Below, piece after piece: positions 38,376 through 48,700 of a stretch of DNA of 55,871 bases (positions are counted from its first letter, which is position 1; each line of letters opens with the position of its first letter). The DNA is from Clostridia bacterium (GTDB lineage Bacteria; Bacillota; Clostridia; UMGS1883): assembly GCA_017414645.1 (NCBI GenBank), contig JAFQLL010000051.1:1-55871 (forward strand). The letters run 5' to 3'. The translations under genes were made by a program, and so were the position numbers. The notes under the pieces are model-generated. The model saw nothing but the letters and a program-made list of their open reading frames with translations. It was not told where the DNA came from and searched no databases.

Positions 38376-39100
38376 GGTGCAGTTATGTAGTCTTTCACGC
38401 AATATTCCTCCCCGTTGAGGATGAATGTTTCATTATCTGTCCAGATAATTTCATATTCCTCTGCCCATCTGCCGTGCTCTATTGCATGGCTTCTTTCTTT
38501 GAGCGTTCCTAAGCCTACAAAAATTTCGTCTGTGCCTTTAAGGCACACCTTTGTGGAGCCACCCATTGCACCCTCATCGTAGGTGATAATTTCGATTGCA
38601 TAGTCGCCATCCGGCGATGTTACGCTCCGTGTCAGCTCAAAAGACACAAACCATCTCGACCACAGGAAGCCTGCGCAAATAATGAAATAAATTCCTAAAA
38701 TGAAGCCTGCTGTTATACCTACCATTATTTTTACCCATTCTCGTTTTGCATAAGCGAAAAATACAACCAGTGAGGTTATCACTGTTACAGGCAGAATAAA
38801 AGCCGCACACAAAGCGCTTTGCTTTGCATATATTCCGTCAGTTTCGAGCACCGTAGCCAAAATTATTGTCCCTGCCGGCATAATAACAGGCGTCAGAATG
38901 CCCAATGCCTTCGATATTTTCTCTGCATAGCTTTTGAATTTCACAGCGAAGAATGCATATAAGATGTGTAACAGCAAAAAGCCAATAAGAAAACCATTGT
39001 AACTAACAGGCACAAAGCTATAGCCCATGCCCAGAACCATGGCCCACAACAGCAAGGGCAGAAGAGTTAATAAATTAAAATACTTTTTAATGTATGTCAT
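38372..39100 (-). CDS. Membrane protein with C-terminal DUF5412-like domain
   Basis: About 5 TMs, then SPDGDY...EGAMGG...IIWTDNETFILNG. Confidence 0.65.
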   Translation of the reverse strand: MTYIKKYFNLLTLLPLLLWAMVLGMGYSFVPVSYNGFLIGFLLLHILYAFFAVKFKSYAEKISKALGILTPVIMPAGTIILATVLETDGIYAKQSALCAAFILPVTVITSLVVFFAYAKREWVKIMVGITAGFILGIYFIICAGFLWSRWFVSFELTRSVTSPDGDYAIEIITYDEGAMGGSTKVCLKGTDEIFVGLGTLKERSHAIEHGRWAEEYEIIWTDNETFILNGEEYCVKDYITAP

Positions 39101-40887
39101 TTCAGTTCTCCGTAAATTTTATAAAGTCTTTCCCGGGACAAATTGAGGCTACGCCAGCCGTTGTCGAGCATCTTAGCTTCAGCTTGTTTTTCTTCAAGCC
39201 ATTTTTCCGCATTCTGAATTGCTACAGGGTCTGTGCTTTCATGATATATTCGTGCAATTTCTTCTGCAGCATCAATTGAAAGTGTTCTTGCGTAGATTGT
39301 TTCGTTTCTTTGTCCGCTAAGGTATCTGTCTACCTGGTTTTTTGCCACGATAGCGTCCATGGGTACAACATTTAAAACCAGATAGTAGCAAAGTGCAAGC
39401 GCACCATAAACCATAACAATATTAAACTTTGGTTTTGCAATGTAGAAGAAGGTTGCAAGAAGGCCAATCAGCTCAAAGGCTAAAAAGCCGAAAACTAAAA
39501 AGCGGAGCCTTGTCAAGCCGTCGGTTTCGTTATACAGGTGCATTCTGTAAAAAGAGGATGCCAGAAGCACCACCGTTACCGCACAAAGATACATATTTAT
39601 TGTTTTTACAAAAACGGCTCTTTTGCCCTTTATGTGCTCGGTGAGCTTTGTCACAACAAGTATTGCGGCAAGGTTAACCCCTGTTAAGCCTAAAAGCTCA
39701 AAGAAGCCCTTTCGTGCATACTCGGTCACATTAAGGCCGTAAGGAAGAGTGCTTCCTGCAAATAAATACTTGAACTGGATAATAACAAAAATGGTGTACA
39801 CAGCTAAAACTGAAAGCATAACGCAGGCAATGATAAGTAAATCGCCCTTGATTTTAAATTCCTTTTCGTCCTTATCGTAACTAAAATAGGAATTGTACAC
39901 AACACCGAAAAGATACAATCCTGCTAAGATGCCAAGTGTAATTTTCCACAAGGTTTTTGCGGTAAAAATATTTGAAAAATAGTTTGCAAAGTCCTCAATG
40001 CCGTGCAAAAATACCATGTCGGCACTTGAAAGCACCACGCACAGCACGCTAACGCAGGCAAGGCTTATAACCGCCGCTATTGCTCCGCGCTTTACGTAGC
40101 CCTTCTTCCCCTCGGTTATTTCAAAAAACCAGGAAAAAGGAGTTATTAAATCAGCTAATGGCGCACATGCTCTTTCTGCAATGTCAACAAAAAAGCCAAG
40201 GGTAACATTTTTTATGTTAAGAGGTGTGAACATGAGCGCAAAAAGAATTATGCACACTATAAAATTGGGTGCACGCCATATTGTGTTTGCGCTTAAAAGC
40301 GAGTTAAGGCATAAAATGCCTATGGGAACAAGCCATAACAGCCTCTTCTTTTCATTCACTACAAAGCTGAGCATTACAGCCTGCAGAGCTATGAACACAA
40401 ACACACTTACCCCTGCCCCATCTGCAAGCACAAGGTAAGAAAAGCTGATTGCCGTCAATACGGCATATATAAGCATTTTAATTTTTAAGCTTTTGCTGAA
40501 AACTTCGTTTTTCTGCATTTTTTCACCCTTTTCTTGCATTTTATTTAAAAGCTTTTCCGACACACCTGTTTCTATAAGCATATAGGATACCAAAACGGCA
40601 ACCATTATTCCGAAAAAGCCATGCACATATACCTCGAACCATTCTGAAGGATAGAAGCTTTCATCCAGCCCTATTACAAGGTCCAGGGGTACAAGTGCAA
40701 AAAGTGCAGCAAAGCCACAGCCGAACATTTTTGCAAAGCTTTTACTTGTTGCAAGGTACCCTACCCCCACCAAAAAGAATGTAACAAACGCCAAGAAGCT
40801 GACATTCTGCATATTAAAGCTTAAAATCAGCCTGTTTACCACAACAAGGCTTGTTGCATAAATTATTCCTTTTAAAAGAGTTTTCAT
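39097..40887 (-). CDS. DUF4153/DUF4173-family multi-pass membrane protein
   Basis: LSSADMVF, QFKYLF, EYARKGFFELL, GLTRLR motifs. Confidence 0.8.
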   Translation of the reverse strand: MKTLLKGIIYATSLVVVNRLILSFNMQNVSFLAFVTFFLVGVGYLATSKSFAKMFGCGFAALFALVPLDLVIGLDESFYPSEWFEVYVHGFFGIMVAVLVSYMLIETGVSEKLLNKMQEKGEKMQKNEVFSKSLKIKMLIYAVLTAISFSYLVLADGAGVSVFVFIALQAVMLSFVVNEKKRLLWLVPIGILCLNSLLSANTIWRAPNFIVCIILFALMFTPLNIKNVTLGFFVDIAERACAPLADLITPFSWFFEITEGKKGYVKRGAIAAVISLACVSVLCVVLSSADMVFLHGIEDFANYFSNIFTAKTLWKITLGILAGLYLFGVVYNSYFSYDKDEKEFKIKGDLLIIACVMLSVLAVYTIFVIIQFKYLFAGSTLPYGLNVTEYARKGFFELLGLTGVNLAAILVVTKLTEHIKGKRAVFVKTINMYLCAVTVVLLASSFYRMHLYNETDGLTRLRFLVFGFLAFELIGLLATFFYIAKPKFNIVMVYGALALCYYLVLNVVPMDAIVAKNQVDRYLSGQRNETIYARTLSIDAAEEIARIYHESTDPVAIQNAEKWLEEKQAEAKMLDNGWRSLNLSRERLYKIYGELK

Positions 40888-40910
40888 TTTTCCATCCCCT
40901 TTCAAGAAGT

Positions 40911-40964
40911 AATATACACTACCGCTCTCTGTTTGTCAACAACTTTTTATCGTTTAACAATAAA
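40911..40964 (-). promoter_or_regulatory. sigma-A promoter with an upstream palindromic operator
   Basis: Minus TTGACA-17-TATATT; TTTATCG-N5-CAATAAA at 40946-40964. Confidence 0.65.
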
Positions 40965-41007
40965 TATTTAACGAAAAATGAGAGGTTGCTGTTGCAACCC
41001 CTCATTT

Positions 41008-41211
41008 TTATTCCACAAATTCAATTATGTCTCCGGGCTGGCACTCGAGAACCTTGCAAATTTCCTCCAAGGTTGAAAAGCGGATTGCCTTAGCCTTGTT
41101 GTTTTTAAGTATGGACAAATTTGCAGGGGTAATGCCGATTTTTTCGCTCAGCTCCATAAGCCCTATTTTCCGCTTTGCCATCATAACGTCTAAATTTATA
41201 ATAATGGGCAT
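41008..41211 (-). CDS. YozG-like Xre HTH regulator
   Basis: IIINLDVMMAKRK, ITPANLSILKNNKAKAIRFSTL, CQPGDI. Confidence 0.92.
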   Translation of the reverse strand: MPIIINLDVMMAKRKIGLMELSEKIGITPANLSILKNNKAKAIRFSTLEEICKVLECQPGDIIEFVE

Positions 41212-41221
41212 TTTCCTCACC

Positions 41222-41674
41222 TCAGATAGTAAGATCGTTTTCTGTTTTATAGTTAATAGCCTGCTTGAATAAATCCTTCAAGGTTAAACAGAAAAGGCAG
41301 GCAATTGCAAAAATGAGCGCAATGGTTACACTTCCCACCGTGAAGGCAAGAATTGACTGTACGATAAATATTACACAAATTAAAGCCGCAGCCACAGCCA
41401 TACGTCTGAAGGCTGTAACGTTCTCGTCCACAAAGGGGCTGCCGTCAAGAAGTGTTTTGTACATTTTCTTTATATTAAAAAGAATATACACAGCACAAAC
41501 CCCAGCCAATGTTAGGGTTATGCGGTAAACAGATTCGCACTGGGGCGAATAAGAAAAATATTTAATAAGACTTCCGATTGTGAAAGGCACCAATACTGTG
41601 CACACGATGCCACAGTAGAACATAATTTCTATAACCCATTTAGCAATATGATGCACTATGCTTTTTTCGTACAT
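41222..41674 (-). CDS. DUF2975 (YoaS-like) membrane protein
   Basis: 4 TMs; PF...NV; LF.QA...K.ENDLTI C-terminus; coupled to the YozG-like gene. Confidence 0.88.
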   Translation of the reverse strand: MYEKSIVHHIAKWVIEIMFYCGIVCTVLVPFTIGSLIKYFSYSPQCESVYRITLTLAGVCAVYILFNIKKMYKTLLDGSPFVDENVTAFRRMAVAAALICVIFIVQSILAFTVGSVTIALIFAIACLFCLTLKDLFKQAINYKTENDLTI

Positions 41675-41699
41675 GCTTACCACCCTTTCCTATAAATAC

Positions 41700-41754
41700 A
41701 TATTAACCTTTTCACATTGCCTTTGTCAACCAAATTTTATCGTAAAACAATAAA
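41700..41754 (-). promoter_or_regulatory. sigma-A promoter with the same palindromic operator
   Basis: Minus TTGACA-18-TAATAT; TTTATCG-N5-CAATAAA at 41736-41754. Confidence 0.6.
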
Positions 41755-41771
41755 AGCACCCGAAGGTGCTT

Positions 41772-42443
41772 TTATATTATTCCAAACAGCATAAACCCTA
41801 TTGTGTTTATTGCAAAGTTTGCCGACATATGCACAAACCATGAGGTGTAGATATTGTCGCTTTTTTCGTTAAGGTAATTGAAAATAAGTCCGCCCAGGAA
41901 AAGCCCTGTAAGTGCGATTGCAAAAACCCATACATTAAACCAGCCTGTCATCATGGCAATGTGATAAAGGGCGAAAGCCAAAGCGCTGAATATGTAGGCA
42001 AGCTTTCGTGACGCATATTTTTTCAACGTAAGGAACGAAAATCCACGGAAGAAAAATTCCTCCAGAAGTGAATTGACAAAGGATATGTACATTGCCACAA
42101 AAATGAAGTTGTTTTTATTAACGCCAATGTTCCCTGTAAGTGCACCTGTAACTGCCGAAAAGTCGAACACGTCCTTCAAAAGAAGGTATGCCCCGAGTAT
42201 GAGAACATACAGCGGCACGCACAAAAACATTGCCAGCTTCATGCCCTTTTTGTTTGGTTTAAAAAGGCTTTTAATGTCCACATTTTTATTACACAGTGCA
42301 AAAATGCCCGGCAGAATGAGAAACAATGCCACCTTACAGGCAGATTTTATCCAATACTGAGGCTGAATAATTGCATCCACAACGCCCATTACACTGCAGC
42401 ACACAACCGCAATTGCAATTATTACCCATGCTTGCTTTTTCAT
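41772..42443 (-). CDS. CPBP (CAAX/Abi) intramembrane metalloprotease
   Basis: LEEFFFRG, FALYH, HMSAN motifs. Confidence 0.9.
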   Translation of the reverse strand: MKKQAWVIIAIAVVCCSVMGVVDAIIQPQYWIKSACKVALFLILPGIFALCNKNVDIKSLFKPNKKGMKLAMFLCVPLYVLILGAYLLLKDVFDFSAVTGALTGNIGVNKNNFIFVAMYISFVNSLLEEFFFRGFSFLTLKKYASRKLAYIFSALAFALYHIAMMTGWFNVWVFAIALTGLFLGGLIFNYLNEKSDNIYTSWFVHMSANFAINTIGFMLFGII

Positions 42444-42507
42444 TTAATCACCTCTTATGTAAAAAGGATTTTGCGTTGCAAAATCCTTTTCGTAATTACT
42501 AATTAAA

Positions 42508-42912
42508 TCAGTGGTGGCAATGTCCGCCGCCGCAGCCATGTTCACCGCAAGTATGACCTTCACCATGATGGTCATGGTCGTGATGAGAGCAGTTTGCTTC
42601 TGCATTAATGTCAAGGTTTCCTGCAAGAAGGTTTTCAACAGCTTCGTCGCAATCGCCACTGTTACCTGCATAAATTTCAATACCTACCATGTTAAGTGCG
42701 TTCACCGCACCGCCACCGATACCACCGCAGATAAGTGCGTCAACGCCTAAATTAAGAAGCATGCCTGCCAATGCACCGTGACCGGAACCATTTGTGTCTA
42801 CAACCTCGCTCTTAATAACTTCGCCGTCCTTAACGTCGTACACCTTGAATGCCCCGGTGTGACCAAAGTGCTGAAAGATCTGTCCTGCTTCATAAGTTAC
42901 TGCAATTTTCAT
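42508..42912 (-). CDS. NifB/NifX-family FeMo-cofactor-binding-like protein with His/Cys-rich tail
   Basis: MKIAV...IFQHFGH, LICGGIGGGA, CSHHDHDHHGEGHTCGEHGC. Confidence 0.88.
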   Translation of the reverse strand: MKIAVTYEAGQIFQHFGHTGAFKVYDVKDGEVIKSEVVDTNGSGHGALAGMLLNLGVDALICGGIGGGAVNALNMVGIEIYAGNSGDCDEAVENLLAGNLDINAEANCSHHDHDHHGEGHTCGEHGCGGGHCHH

Positions 42913-42914
42913 TT

Positions 42915-43694
42915 TTATACTTCCTTTACTAAATATTTTGTTAATTCTTCATCAAGCTCCCAGCAATCTTCACTGTATGAGTCTATAAGCTTATATTTTT
43001 CCTTATGTTTTCTGAGTATAAGATAGTAGTTGTCTCCTGCTTGTGCCAAGCATCCATGAGAAACCATCTGTTCAAACTTACCGTACAGCTCACTTTTAAA
43101 AGTAACCATGGGAATGTTTGCGTGACGACCCACATGGTGAACAGAATTCACTCTTGCCAGGAGAATAATTATGTTGTTTGCCATAAGCGCTGTTAAATCG
43201 TTTTTCGACTTCATGTCCGCAGTTATGCGCCACACAATATATACAGTCCAAGGGAAAGCCAACAGAATTGCCGACCCGGGCCAGTTATGGATAGCATAAT
43301 CAACACCGTGCTTGTAGCAGGCATACGCCACAATTCCTGCCACCAATACAGTCCATGCAGCAATCAGCCCGTTGGCAAGCTTCTTCTCGGCAGAGGCGTT
43401 TGCGTGCACCTTAACTAAAATTGCGTTTTTCATAAGAACTGTTTTGTTCTCTTCAATTTCCTTCTCAGAGCGCACAATTTTAGTTTCTTGTTTGTTCTTC
43501 TCAATCAATATTGCACCAAGAATAGCCAAAGCAGCCCCTATGTAAAGACAGAGGCTATTATCAGTTGTTTTGAAAAAAACAAGCATAGTTAGTGATGCCG
43601 CAATACATACGTGTCCGATACGTCGCCGCAAAGTACGATTTTCTTTTCGTGTTTCTTCTTCCGGGATACTTAAATGTCGGTTTTCCTTTTTCAT
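42915..43694 (-). CDS. Hypothetical membrane protein
   Basis: Open frame with about 4 TMs; GAGG before ATG 43694; 2-bp gap to the next gene. Confidence 0.6.
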   Translation of the reverse strand: MKKENRHLSIPEEETRKENRTLRRRIGHVCIAASLTMLVFFKTTDNSLCLYIGAALAILGAILIEKNKQETKIVRSEKEIEENKTVLMKNAILVKVHANASAEKKLANGLIAAWTVLVAGIVAYACYKHGVDYAIHNWPGSAILLAFPWTVYIVWRITADMKSKNDLTALMANNIIILLARVNSVHHVGRHANIPMVTFKSELYGKFEQMVSHGCLAQAGDNYYLILRKHKEKYKLIDSYSEDCWELDEELTKYLVKEV

Positions 43695-43766
43695 AAAGCT
43701 TTCCTCATTTAAAATCGGCACCCTTAAAGATGCCGATTGCCTGTATTCGTATTTTCAATGGCTGAA

Positions 43767-43854
43767 CGAGTTTAGATGCAGAATGTTCAAACCTGACCCG
43801 AAGCTGTACTTTGTGTACTGCGAGTGGTTGGTTTGGGCATTATGCGCTAAAGGC
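43767..43854 (-). repeat. Family C hairpin repeat, copy C2
   Basis: Begins right after the pyrE stop; aligns with 36878-36966. Confidence 0.7.
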
Positions 43855-43855
43855 G

Positions 43856-44524
43856 TCAGTCATTTGCGCCGTAAACAGAAAGATATTCTCTTATTCTGTT
43901 AATACAGTCGGGGTCGCTCATTCTTTCGGGATGGCTTTCAAGATATTCAATAATTTCATAAACTGTTACAACGGAATATACAGGGAAGCCATGCTGCTGT
44001 TCAATTTCCTTCATTGCAGAAATTTCGCCCAGGCCTTTTTCCATTCTGTTAACCATAATCATAACAGCATTAATCTTAACGCCATCAAGTGTTTTCATAA
44101 GCTCAATGCTTTCACGGATAGCAGTGCCTGCTGTAATAACGTCTTCAACAATTACAACGTTCTGCCCTGCCTTAGGTGTGTAGCCAACGAAAATACCGCC
44201 TTCGCCATGGTCCTTAACTTCCTTGCGGTTAAAGAAGAAGGGCAGGTCAATGCCATCACGGGAAAGTGCGCTTGCAGCGCTTACAGCCAAAGGAATGCCT
44301 TTATATGCGGGGCCGTAAAGAACAACGTTGTCTGCCTTAATGTTTTCCTTGTAGCACTGTGCGTAGTATTCACCTAATTTGCAAATCTGGTCACCTGTTT
44401 TAATTTCGCCTGCATTGATGAAATAAGGGAGCTTTCTGCCGCTCTTTGCGATAAAGTCACCAAACTTAAGAACGCCTGCATCCAGCAAAAATTCAATAAA
44501 CGAAACTTTATAATCTGCTAACAT
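43856..44524 (-). CDS. pyrE: Orotate phosphoribosyltransferase
   Basis: KSGRKLPYFINAG, GPAYKGIP, RKEVKDHGEGG, IVEDVITAGTA. Confidence 0.96.
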   Translation of the reverse strand: MLADYKVSFIEFLLDAGVLKFGDFIAKSGRKLPYFINAGEIKTGDQICKLGEYYAQCYKENIKADNVVLYGPAYKGIPLAVSAASALSRDGIDLPFFFNRKEVKDHGEGGIFVGYTPKAGQNVVIVEDVITAGTAIRESIELMKTLDGVKINAVMIMVNRMEKGLGEISAMKEIEQQHGFPVYSVVTVYEIIEYLESHPERMSDPDCINRIREYLSVYGAND

Positions 44525-44584
44525 AATGTAGCCTCCTTCGTGTTTTCTATAATCATACCACATTTTGCACTGGTTTTCAACCTA

Positions 44585-45442
44585 TTATTTAATAAGGCTT
44601 GTAATATCCTGCGGTGTAGCTGCTGCGATTGTGATCTCCGTGTTTTTCAAAGGATGCGTAAAGCTTATTTTTCTGCAATGAAGCCTGATTCTTTCACCTT
44701 CAATTGCCCTGCCATAAAGCCAGTCGCCGTAAATCGGGGTTCCAAGGCTTGCAAGATGCACCCTTATCTGATGTGTTCGCCCTGTTAATGGCTGCACCCT
44801 CACAAGGCTCAAGCCATTCACTTCTTCAACAACCTCATATTTCGTTAAAGCCTCTTTGCCGTCAGGCGAAGTCATGCGCTTAATTCCATCGCCTTTTATT
44901 ATGGGCACATCTATAGCGCCTTCATTTTGAGGCAACTCTCCACATACAAGAGCAACATATTCCTTTTCAATTTGCCTTTCTTTCATTGCTGCATTCAGCT
45001 TTTGTGCGCTGATTGCGTTTTTGGCAATTAATACAACACCGCTTGTTTCTTTGTCGAGCCTTGTTATCACATGAAAGGAGGCATCATTTTCAAGATAAAA
45101 CATAACAGCATTGGCAAGTGTTCCGGATTTATGCTCGCCTACGGGATGTGTTATCATAAATGGCGGCTTGTTGACCACAAGTATGTCCTCGTCTTCATAA
45201 AGCACCTCAATGGGAATGTTTTCAGCTATAATATTTCCAGAAGTCTCCTCGGGGAAAATTAACTCTAATTCATCACCCATGGAAAGTCTTTGATTAACAT
45301 GTGCATTTTTGCCGTTTAACAAAATACCACCCGAGGCCTTAAGCTTTTTTATAATGTTTCCCGAAAGGCCTAAATCTCCGGATAAAATGTATTCAATTTT
45401 CCGATTGTTCATGTCGCATGTAGCGACAAGCTTTTTTCGCAT
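44585..45442 (-). CDS. RluA/RluD-family pseudouridine synthase
   Basis: VVNKP, RLDKETSG, TGRTHQIRVH, PIYGD.LYG. Confidence 0.93.
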   Translation of the reverse strand: MRKKLVATCDMNNRKIEYILSGDLGLSGNIIKKLKASGGILLNGKNAHVNQRLSMGDELELIFPEETSGNIIAENIPIEVLYEDEDILVVNKPPFMITHPVGEHKSGTLANAVMFYLENDASFHVITRLDKETSGVVLIAKNAISAQKLNAAMKERQIEKEYVALVCGELPQNEGAIDVPIIKGDGIKRMTSPDGKEALTKYEVVEEVNGLSLVRVQPLTGRTHQIRVHLASLGTPIYGDWLYGRAIEGERIRLHCRKISFTHPLKNTEITIAAATPQDITSLIK

Positions 45443-45548
45443 ATTAGTTCACCTTGTAAAAATCATGATTTCCTAAATAATCTTTTTCGCCACGCTCAGT
45501 CGGCAAAGCACAGGCTCTTACTATGATTGTTAAAGCCAATAGCCAAAC

Positions 45549-45578
45549 AAAAAAGCAAGTCATGCGACTTGCTTTTTT
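45549..45578 (-). terminator. tRNA terminator
   Basis: aaaaaagcaagtc-atgc-gacttgctttttt. Confidence 0.75.
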
Positions 45579-45581
45579 GTT

Positions 45582-45657
45582 TGGCTCCTCCAGTTGGACT
45601 TGAACCAACGACATCATGATTAACAGTCATGCGCTCTACCGACTGAGCTATAGAGGA
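45582..45657 (-). tRNA. tRNA-Asn (GTT)
   Basis: 76-nt cloverleaf TCCTCTATAGCTCAGTCGGTAGAGC..CTGTTAA..GGTTCAAGTCC..GGAGCCA. Confidence 0.97.
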
Positions 45658-45678
45658 ATATTCATTTGCTACCCTGTC

Positions 45679-45707
45679 ATTATAACCGCTATCAAACGAA
45701 TTGTCAA
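45679..45707 (-). promoter_or_regulatory. Consensus sigma-A promoter of tRNA-Asn
   Basis: Minus TTGACA-17 bp-TATAAT. Confidence 0.85.
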
Positions 45708-45741
45708 GCACTTTTTGTAATTTTTATTATTATTTTTTAAA

Positions 45742-45773
45742 AACAAAGCAACCTCCTGAAGAGGTTGCTTTGT
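45742..45773 (-). terminator. Terminator of the surface-protein cluster
   Basis: aacaaagcaacctc-ctgaa-gaggttgctttgtt. Confidence 0.75.
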
Positions 45774-45797
45774 TCACACATTTATAGAATGTTAAAA

Positions 45798-48700
45798 TTA
45801 TTCAGCGTTTACGACTTCTTCCTGAACCTGGTTATAGAAATCAGAGAGGTAATCAAGTTCTGCTGCATCATCGGAAATGATAAAGATATCGTTAATAGCG
45901 TAACCTGTAAGAGCCTGCCACTTGGGAGATGTGTCGTATGCACGCTTTCTTACAATTACGAACTGACCAGGTGCGATATCGTCAAGAGAACCTCTTGAGA
46001 TGGAATTAATCTTACCTTCACGGTCAAAATTAATTCTGTAAACAGTACCTTCAAGTCTTTCGTTAGAAAGAACGGAAAGGTTATATGTGTTTGCACCGTC
46101 AACGCCTGCGCCCTGGTTTTCGCCTGTTGCTGCCGCAACATTGAAGAGCTTCTTACCAACAACTTCGTCGATACTTGTTACAAGACCGCAATAGAAGCGT
46201 GTGCAGTAGTTGTGGCTGGACCAGTAGTTCCATCTTCTCCACTGTTCCTGGTAGAAGGGCTTAAAGGGCATTACATAGCTCTTTGTGGATTCGTTGAAGA
46301 TAGGCTGTGTAACGTTAACCATCTTTGCATAATCAGCAAGATTTGCTTCGTCAAAGTAAGGAGCAATGTCTTCAATGTATGCACCATCTGTAGATACTCT
46401 TACGGGGAAACCATTGGGATAAAGTGCGTTGTTTACATCGCCACCAATGTGTGCTACCCAGGAATACTGAGGTCTGATGAGTGCGTTTCTTACGCTTGTA
46501 CCATCAAAGTAATAAACTCTGTATGTGGGTTCGCCGCTTGCCTTATCGTAAGCAGAAGTAATGTTCTGGATGAACTTGATAGCTGTGTTGTCCTGATAGT
46601 ATGTAGCATCTCTGTTCTGCTCCAAGTCTTCAGAAGAGTCAACAGAATCATCGTACCAGTTAGCCATTACAAGGAAGTTACATACAGTCTTCTGCATGTC
46701 GATTTCTTCGCCATCAGCGCTGTAATAGTAAGCCCAGCAGTAATCATAAATATCGAAATTGTAGTTATCCCAATATGTATTCATCTGCTTTGTATAGAAG
46801 GACTGGTTGTCATCAAGCTTGGAAACAGCTTCTTCAACAAGGAAGTTAGTTGTCTTGTCGTCACAGTATGTTCTCTTACCTACTGTGTTACCGAATTCGT
46901 CAACTGTTGTTTCCTGGCTGTAGTGTAAGCAGTGGTGACCTGCACTGTAGTAAAGGTAACCGGAAGTTTTAATCTGACGTGTCTGGAGATATCTATCATC
47001 TTCGCCTACAACTGTAATTTCGCAGATTTCGTCACGGCTGTTAACCTTGTAAAGGAAGCCTGCTCTTGAAGGATGAGGACGCTGAAGACCATTGGAAGCG
47101 TATTCCGGGTCTTCGCTTGTACCAAAGAGTGCATCTGTAAATGCAAGTTCGTAAATTTCGTCAGCTGTCATGCTTTCGCCATTAACTTCAACGGAGGAAG
47201 CAATGTTGAAAATTCTTACGCCACTGTTCTGTGTAAGAACCTTCATCTGATAGCCTCTTCTTAAGCCACCGTCGTTAACAGCAATGAACATACCGATGTT
47301 CTTACGGATAACTGTTGTACCTTCGAAGCCCGCAATGCGGTTGTCTGCATCGAGGTAGTATTCACCTGCGTCAGAAACTGCAAGCTCAATTCTACCTGCA
47401 ACAGCGGGAGAAATTTCGTATTCAATACCACCGATTGTGTACAAATCATCGCTGGAAACTTCGTCTACAGTACCTGTTGTCTTTCTGTTAGAAATTACAA
47501 CCTTTTTTACCTTCTTGTCGAGGGATTCGTAAACGTAAAGCACGCTGTACTGTCTGATGTCAGAAAGCTGTGCGATTCCGCCGTATTCGTTGAGGAATGT
47601 TACATGATAATCCTCATCGTCGGGGTTGAACTTGTATGTTGTTGCACGGTCGTAGTAACCGGAAACATTACCGGAAGTCTGTGATGCGGAGAATACAAAC
47701 ACGAGCTCATATTCCCAAATGTCAATGATATCGTATTCGTCGTCACCATTATTGTCGATAAGAACAACTTCGCCATGCTGAGGAACGAGAATATCTGCTG
47801 TTACATCAATAACTGCCTTGCCATTGTAAAGCACAAGAGGTGTCGCAGAGGTTTTAACTTCCTTAGTCTTCTTGTCGGTGTCCTTATTCACCCAGTATTC
47901 GAAGGTATAACCTTCGCCTACAGATGATGTTACGTCTTCAAGGTTTTCGTCCTTGATTGTGATAGTGTTATTCTTAACACTCTTTGTTGTGTATGCAATA
48001 ACTGTTCTGTTTTCTGTAGCATCTTCAGCGTCGAGAACATAAACTGTTGCATAGTAACCAAGGAAATTCTTTATGTCTGTATGACCAACGTTGAAAACTT
48101 CATCATTGATAAGAACCTGCTCTTCTTCGATAGTTGTTTCGCCATCGATAGCTGCATATTCATTTTCTGTAATAATGCCGTTAATTTCCTGTATTTCGAA
48201 GTAGGTGTTGAGAGCATTCTTACCTTCAACAACCTGAGATGTCACGATTGTACCATCATGAGAGTAGGAAACGGGAAGCATAAGGTCCACTGTAAGAGCC
48301 TTGTAAACAAGCTTAGCAACATCGCCACGAGTAATGTTCTGACCCATAGCTGTGTTGAGCTTCTTTGTAAGACCGAGCTTCTGAGCTACATAAACATAGT
48401 CCTTAAGTTCGTCGCCACGTACCTGAGCTTCGTGACCGTAACCAAGAGCGGAAACGATCATCTGCATTGCATCTTCATAGGAAGCAGACATGTCGGGGTT
48501 GAAATTACCGTTTTCGTCACTACGAGCAATACCCTTTGTCTTTGCCATTGCAACAGCACCTGCTGCCCAGCCTTCATAATCGTACATGTCATTGAAGAGC
48601 TCCATGTCGTCGGGTGCTTCTTCACCGTAGCCGTCAAGACCTACAAGTTTAATTGCAATAGCTGCCATTTCAGCTTTTGTAATTGTGTTATAAGGAAGGA

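Noticed and set aside
42508-42912. Nitrogen fixation
   Set aside because: NifB/NifX-like stand-alone domains are widespread in non-diazotrophs; no nifHDK here.
45496-45711. 71-aa ORF
   Set aside because: Overlaps tRNA-Asn and its promoter.
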